DNA of 63,448 nucleotides, counting the filler, from Saprolegnia diclina VS20 (lineage: Eukaryota), in assembly GCF_000281045.1 (NCBI RefSeq). It is 7 parts of 4 records of this genome, joined end to end, with 100 filler letters (N's around TTAATTAATTAA, not from the genome) between each part and the next. Parts side by side here need not be neighbours in the genome. Positions count along the whole stretch, not along the records: positions 47,438 to 61,516 come from NW_008246215.1; positions 61,617 to 63,448 come from NW_008246217.1; 5 more parts are not named here. The stretch is one strand, 5' to 3'. Position numbers and translations under genes: made by a program. Positions 57,739 through 63,448 of this stretch are shown piece by piece. Every line of letters begins with the position of its first letter. Position 1 is the stretch's first letter. The notes beneath the pieces were generated by a model. The model was given only the letters and a program-made list of their open reading frames with translations. It was not told the DNA's origin and searched no databases.

Positions 57739-59211
57739 ATGGCTTCGCACCTCGAAGATCCCAAGGAATCCGAATACAACGCCGTGGCAGTCACGCCCAA
57801 GGACGACGACGACGCCGCCAAGGTGTCCAAGCACGTTGAAGGCTGCTCGACGGCCTTCCTCTTCCTCCTCTGCTGCCCCAAGATGGCGCTGAACGTCGCC
57901 TGGGCGGCGCAGTGGGCGGCCATCGGCCCGCTTCTCAACATCCTCATCTCGTCGTCGTGGGTCCAGATCGTCCAGCTCGTCGGTCCCATCTCTGGTCTTC
58001 TCATCGCGCCCTCGATCGGTGTCCTCAGTGACAACTGCTCGTCCAAGTTTGGTCGCCGTCGCCCGTTCCTCTTCTGGGGTTCGCTCATGTCGTGCCTCTG
58101 CTGGGCCGTCATGATGTTCTGCACCGACATTGGCGAGGCGCTTGGCGACACCCCTGCCAAGGAACTCGACACGCTTCCGGCTGACCAAGTCTCGCGCAAG
58201 TGGACGACCGTCTTTGTCATCCTCACTTACATCTGGATGGACATCACGCTCAACCTGACGCAGACGCCGCTCAACCTCCTCATCGCCGATTTCGCCGGTG
58301 ACCGCCAGGTCACGGCCTCGTCGCTCGGTAACGCCTACTCGATCGCTGGTTCGTTCGTCGTCTCGGGCTACATCATGGCGTTCGGCCCCGCCCACCAGAC
58401 GGTCAAGCCGTTCATGGGTCTCCTCATCGCCGTCATGGTCATCACGTCGAGCGCGGTGCTTTGGTTCGTCAAGGAGAAGGTCTTTGTGCCGCTCAAGGAA
58501 GTCTCCAAGACCGAAGAGATCAAGAACGCGTTCGCGTCGGTCTGGACCGGTCTCCGCCTCCTCCCCAAGACGCTCGCCATCTACTGTGTCATCATCGTCT
58601 TCGTCCAGTACGGTTTCACGGCGTACAACGGCGCCAAGGGCCAGTTCTTCGGCTTCGTCGTCAAGGGCGGTACCTCGGAGGGCGCTGACAAGTGCGGCCA
58701 GAACGGCAACCCCGCGTGCTCGGCCCAGCAAAACGCCTACAACGACGGTGTCCAGCTTGCCGGTGGCTCCACCGATACGATCTACAACTGCGTCTCGCTC
58801 CTCTTCCTCGCGGTCCTCCCGTCCCTCGTGCGCAAGTTTGGTGTCAAGAAGGTCCTTACGGTGGCCATCATCCCGCAGATCTTCCTCATCGCCCTCGCGT
58901 ACTGCAAGGTCGTCGCCATCGACATGATCATTGTCATCGCCACCGCCTTCACTCAGAACACGATCCAGTCGCTCTTCATGGCCTGCATCATCCACGTCAT
59001 TGGCAGCGAAGACAACTCGGGTCTCGGTCTCTTTGCCGGTGCGCTTAACTCGGCCTATTGCGCCGGTCAGTTCCTCAACTTTATCTTCTCGTCGATCCTC
59101 GTCCAGTCCTCGATGGGCTACGCGCTTCCCGTGCTTGTCGGCGGTATCCTCTCCACATTCGGTTTCCTCGTCTCGCTCTTCTTCTTCAAGATCGAACTCT
59201 ACTCGACCTAA
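57739..59211 (+). CDS. Sucrose/H+ symporter-like GPH/MFS transporter (SUT/SLC45 family), intronless
   Basis: AWAAQW, LVGPISGLLIAPSIGVLSDNCSSKFGRRRPF, DITLNLTQTPLNLLIAD, YNDGVQLAG, GLFAGALN; about 12 TM helices; strongly biased codon usage. Confidence 0.93.
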   Translation: MASHLEDPKESEYNAVAVTPKDDDDAAKVSKHVEGCSTAFLFLLCCPKMALNVAWAAQWAAIGPLLNILISSSWVQIVQLVGPISGLLIAPSIGVLSDNCSSKFGRRRPFLFWGSLMSCLCWAVMMFCTDIGEALGDTPAKELDTLPADQVSRKWTTVFVILTYIWMDITLNLTQTPLNLLIADFAGDRQVTASSLGNAYSIAGSFVVSGYIMAFGPAHQTVKPFMGLLIAVMVITSSAVLWFVKEKVFVPLKEVSKTEEIKNAFASVWTGLRLLPKTLAIYCVIIVFVQYGFTAYNGAKGQFFGFVVKGGTSEGADKCGQNGNPACSAQQNAYNDGVQLAGGSTDTIYNCVSLLFLAVLPSLVRKFGVKKVLTVAIIPQIFLIALAYCKVVAIDMIIVIATAFTQNTIQSLFMACIIHVIGSEDNSGLGLFAGALNSAYCAGQFLNFIFSSILVQSSMGYALPVLVGGILSTFGFLVSLFFFKIELYST

Positions 59212-60309
59212 ACCGCTTTGCGCTATCCGCTGTTTTATAATCCCTCAATTCTAGTGTCGTTTTAGTTTTTACATAGCATTGTCCGCTTCCCCTACTAGGG
59301 TTCTTTGCTCGCTTCTAGCCAGGGTCCTAGGATACATTAGCCCCTCCAACGATTGCGCGATACCCAACGACGACACCTTGGTGATCTTACAGCCTGACCA
59401 AATTGGCACGCAAGTGCGACAGATGCTTGCCAACAGCTGGTCGAAACGTACGGTCAGGAACCGCAGTACAGTTTGCGGTGCTCGTCCAACCCACTTGATC
59501 ACAAGGATACTAGAGTCATATACGTTGAGGGTAGTGTCATCGTGTTAAAATGAGGTACCGAGGCACCTTGCACAAGACGAACCAAAATGGCGACACGTGT
59601 TGCACCAAGTGGCCGCATCACTCTCAATGGCGCGACGCTACCTTCAGAACAGTACAACATTCCTCGCGACTAGAGTCCCGAAGTGGCTGCAATCGGTCGC
59701 ACAGCGCTACAGACCCAATCAACTATACTATCTACTATAGAGGGCGTGTAGAGGAGAGACAGTTGCCCGTGGGACGCTTTGAACGAGGAAAAGCACAGGC
59801 GCTTGCAACGCAAAACCTCTTTGCCAGCGTCGCATCGTCACGTCGTCACTGCAGCCAAGGGTGCAGCCAGGGTGCAGCACAACGCGACTGATTGGTCGCG
59901 TTTCTTTATACGACGAGGTGGAAGAAGAAGAGCGATCACGACTGACGATTGGGTTGCTCTCCCCCGAAACCCTTGTCGACCGACCTCAGAAGGGATATGA
60001 CACAATTTTATTCCCTTGGACGTCAGAGACGACGTGTCACTTGCATGTGTGGAGTCGTCGAGTGCACACTCGTTCTCAGAAGATGCAGATGACAACGGAC
60101 AGCGAATTCTCGGCGTCGGGGACAGGAGGGTCACGTTATAATGAAGCATTGACTCCAGACCGCTGCTACGTAGCAGCACTCATGAATAATAGCAGGGTTG
60201 TTGCCCACGTCGTAGCGTTGAGCAACGGGCGTTCAGTTTGTCCGGACGAAGCTGCCAGCTCAGAATCACCTGGCCATCGAATCCAACGGACTGTATGTGG
60301 GCTAGTGGT

Positions 60310-61045
60310 CATGACAAATGAGGTGATGCGGAAGTGCATCGCTGACAAGAAGAAGGACAAGGAAGAAATGGAAGGCGTACGGCGGCCAACAAGGAAAAGA
60401 TTGCGGCCAAGAAGAAAGAGTACCGCACTGTGCACGCCGAGACGATTGCAGCCAAAAGAACAAGGTGTACTACGAGAAGAACCACAAGCAAGTGCGTGGG
60501 CAGCAGAAGGCCTACATCCAAAAGAACAAGGCAGCCCGCCAGGCCAAGAATACGTCGTGGCGCCTCGCAAATCGAGCTCCCCTCGCGGCGTACAAACGAA
60601 CTCTGTACGATGCCCTTGCTCTCGAACCAGTGGGTTGCTCATTTGTCCTAGTTGGGCGCGAAAGAAGGCGATTGCGGCCGGCGAGATCCCATCGCCAATG
60701 CTTGAGCTTGCAGACTTTGGAGCTCGAAACGAAGCCGTTAGCAGCGTCCTTCCTGCAGCGCCCACGGGCGCCGCGCTCACCCCAGTGCTTATCGACAAAG
60801 ACGACGACGTTCTCCATGGCGCCACCACCAAGAGGATCACCATGGTTTCGTTTACGATCGAGCGACGTGCGCAAGCGTGGCCCGGAGCCGTGCTACAACG
60901 AGTGTGCGCTCTTTTAGCCCAACTCGCTCAGTCGGCGACCAACACGGTACTTTTGGCAGGCACGTACATGTGTACGTTCTGCGGCGACTGGACGTACTAC
61001 CGTCGCCACGGCAAGCGCACCAACCTCGACGCTCTGGCGGCTTGA
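60310..61045 (+). pseudogene. Lys-rich helical-repeat (Y-x-x-x-N-K-E-K-I type) gene with two frameshifts and an intron at 60605-60651
   Basis: Reconstructed KAY/AANKEKIAAKKKEYRTVHAETIAA/KNKVYYEKNHKQVRGQQKAYIQKNKAARQAKN..YKRTL|WARKKAIAAG..YMCTFCGDW. Confidence 0.5.
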
Positions 61046-61616
61046 GCTTGGATTTTCGATTTTGTGGTGCCGTGTCCGGCTTTGTTGGTAGTTGCGAGCT
61101 TCAGGAACCCAGCAAGCTTTTTTACTTCAAACATGATCTTCAATGTAGCAAATTGAAATGGCTTGTTCCTTGAGATGTACTTGATTTTGCAAGTTCTTCG
61201 ATATGCAAAGACGTGCAACTGGACATTCTGCCCCGCGTCCCGACTTGACCGGGAGAAGACGCTAGGTTGAGATCGTCTCGGTTTACTTGCCACGGTCAAT
61301 CGTGACGACACCGTTAGGTCGTGCTTGGACAATCCCAAAGGGCCCGGCAGTGGCCGGCAACGTCTTGCTCTGCATGTTGTGCGAGCCGCAAAGTCATGGT
61401 CAATGCGGCCTTAGGTCTCGTGTTCGTTGTAGCGGCGATGCGCTGGATACTGCGCTTGTGTGCGGCGGCCCAGTCGGTGAGGTGCTCAAAGTTGAAGAGC
61501 ATGTTGCGTCCGAAGGNNNNNNNNNNNNNNNNNNNNNNNNNNNNNNNNNNNNNNNNNNNNTTAATTAATTAANNNNNNNNNNNNNNNNNNNNNNNNNNNN
61601 NNNNNNNNNNNNNNNN

Positions 61617-62031
61617 CGGATACTCGAGGCTCATGCGGCGTAGGAGAACATCAAGATTGGCGACTTTGGCATGGCGATCGTTTCCCACCGCCCTCGCCAT
61701 GACGACCATTGTGGCACGTGGGCGTACCAGGCGCCAGAGCTCCTTCTCGAAGAGCCCTACGACCATTCGGTACGCGTCATGTGTCATCTATCGCTTCTTA
61801 TTTAGCTTGTGCTAGGTTGATGTGTGGGCCTTTGGCGTCGTGCTCTACGAGATGCTGACGTACGAGAAGGCCTTCTTCGACGACTTCAGCGCCATCCAAG
61901 GTGAATTCAACTTTCGGGAGGACGCGTCCCGGCTCTTGCACGACCTTCTCCGCGGCATGCTCGCGGTCGACCCTCGTCGCCGCCTCTCGCCTGCCGCGAT
62001 CGCTGCCCATCCTTGGCTCACGTCCTCGTAA
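61617..62031 (+). CDS. Ser/Thr protein kinase C-lobe fragment (5' part in gap)
   Basis: NIKIGDFGMA, GTWAYQAPE, intron, VDVWAFGVVLYEML, LLRGMLAVDPRRRLS..HPW. Confidence 0.85.
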
Positions 62032-62434
62032 AGCAAACTGGAGACGTATCTCGAACGAATGGATACTCGATTAGTAGTCTACAGCGTTATGGACGGGTGC
62101 AAAGGTGGTGGCAGTTTCAAGGTTGATGGACATCATTGATTGTGTCGAGCTTGACGTACACAAGCACGATTGCTGCTTATGCATACCGCAAGTGTGGAAC
62201 GAGATGTCAGGCAAAGAGACGCACGGTGCATGTTGGCGCGCCGTGATCGCCCCGTTCAATTTACAGCGACAAGTTGGTTCGCTGCCGTTGTTTCCACGAG
62301 AGAACGACCAACTTGCTGTATGCGTGTTTGAGTGCTCTATCGCAAAATCTCACTTTGTATCAACCTATCAACAAGGTCTTTCGGGATCAAGACCATACAC
62401 CCGAATGTCAACCAGAGAGGTACGAAGACACGTC

Positions 62435-63096
62435 TCAGCACGCCGTAGACGGTGGATGGACGTGGCGAGTCGTGAGCGAGATGCGATGGTTGACGCCGTG
62501 CTCGTCATCGACGTTGTCGATGCTGTGGAGGTACTTGGTGTAGGCCTCGCCCGTGAAGACCAAGAGGCTGCGTCGGTCGAGCGTCAAATGAACCGGGACA
62601 TCGCTTGGCGTCGTCTCACGATGGTGCTGGAATGTCATGCGCCCAGAAGCGCCTGCACTCAGAATGGCTACGAGCGGGTAGTACATCGGGCCGTCTTCGT
62701 GCGGCAAGACGCCGTCATCAGGGGCCTAGTCTACAGGACTTCGCTTGAGCCCAAGGTAGAGAAACGACGCATGGACCCACCGTTGATGAGCGCGTGACTG
62801 GGTGTCTCGCTGGCCGAAAAGACACCGGCTTCCACGAGGCCACTCGACAGCGCCTGCAGCCAGCGAGGCAGTGGCTCCGGCTCGTATGTCGTTGTGACGC
62901 TGCCACCCCAGACCTGCAAACGCCGGTACTTGAGCTGTACCCACGCGGACGGCGCCGCTGCATGCACTTGATCGAGGACGCTGGGCTCTTCTTCGACTGA
63001 AATCCAGTTGGGAATGTAGTAGATGGTACCGTCTTGAATGGCATGAGCTGGCAGCGACAGCGTAGGCCTACCGTCAACCGGATCGCAGTTTTGCAT
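62435..63096 (-). CDS. ALKBH6: AlkB homolog 6-like 2OG-Fe(II) dioxygenase (intron 62731-62783; in-frame TAG at 62726-62728)
   Basis: IYYIPNWIS..EE, LKYRRLQVWGG, PLPRWL, HALIN, LPHEDGPMYYPLVAILS, RSLLVFTGEAYTKYLHSI, RISLTTRHV. Confidence 0.88.
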
Positions 63097-63448
63097 TTAG
63101 TGTATTGCAACCGAGCTCTAGCGCTCTGGAGAGGAGTAGTTGGATACGTGGCTTTCGAATGAACCCCGGCGACTGGTCTACACGACACCACTTTGTTGAT
63201 ACGGGGCGTTGAGCGCACGAAGCAGCCCATTACGTGCTTCCAAGCTTGGCTTAGACATAATGCACCCGCCTCATGCTCGCTACAGATGAAGCGTCCCGCG
63301 CAAGACGCGGCGAGCGCGGCCACACCCACGACGATCACACCAAGCCCTCCACGCAGTGCAACTTCCTGCGAAAGGAGTTGCTCCACAACGCGTGCCAGCG
63401 TCATTGGCTGCTTGCCACGACAACCACATACGTCTCCATGCGGCCACT

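Noticed and set aside
30286..59211. Apparent carbohydrate cluster (glucan synthase, beta-amylase, sucrose transporter)
   Set aside because: The genes are far apart, interspersed with unrelated genes and partly separated by artificial joins.
62718..63404. 228-aa minus-strand ORF overlapping ALKBH6
   Set aside because: Its 3' half is an alternative frame of ALKBH6; the 5' hydrophobic part may be a small gene but is unsupported.

Overview
Gene-dense, GC-rich eukaryotic DNA from an oomycete, most likely a Saprolegniaceae water mould. This is inferred from the gene families (bifunctional DHFR-TS, GT48 glucan synthase-MFS fusion, CxxHGGG zinc-finger repeats, FYVE-GAF, ankyrin/TKL kinases), the very short introns (mostly 41-66 nt) and oomycete INR+FPR core promoters. 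The window is not one contig: six artificial N-TTAATTAATTAA-N linkers and two plain N gaps split it, and several single-base lesions may be sequencing errors. About 27 genes or gene fragments are recognisable, plus RTE-like LINE 3' remnants, a candidate SINE, a candidate MITE and a (TATC)24 microsatellite. No rRNA, convincing tRNA or CRISPR array was seen. Two features stand out. (1) A soluble pseudokinase-KEN ribonuclease (RNase L/IRE1-like, no luminal or TM domain) lies head-to-head with, and embedded among, ankyrin-kinase genes. (2) A spliced gene, split into two ORFs in the track, encodes PH + coiled-coil + polyproline + PX + WH2-central-acidic (WCA): a candidate Arp2/3 activator with an architecture I do not recognise among the named WASP families. 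All domain calls come from motifs read by eye; no database searches were run.
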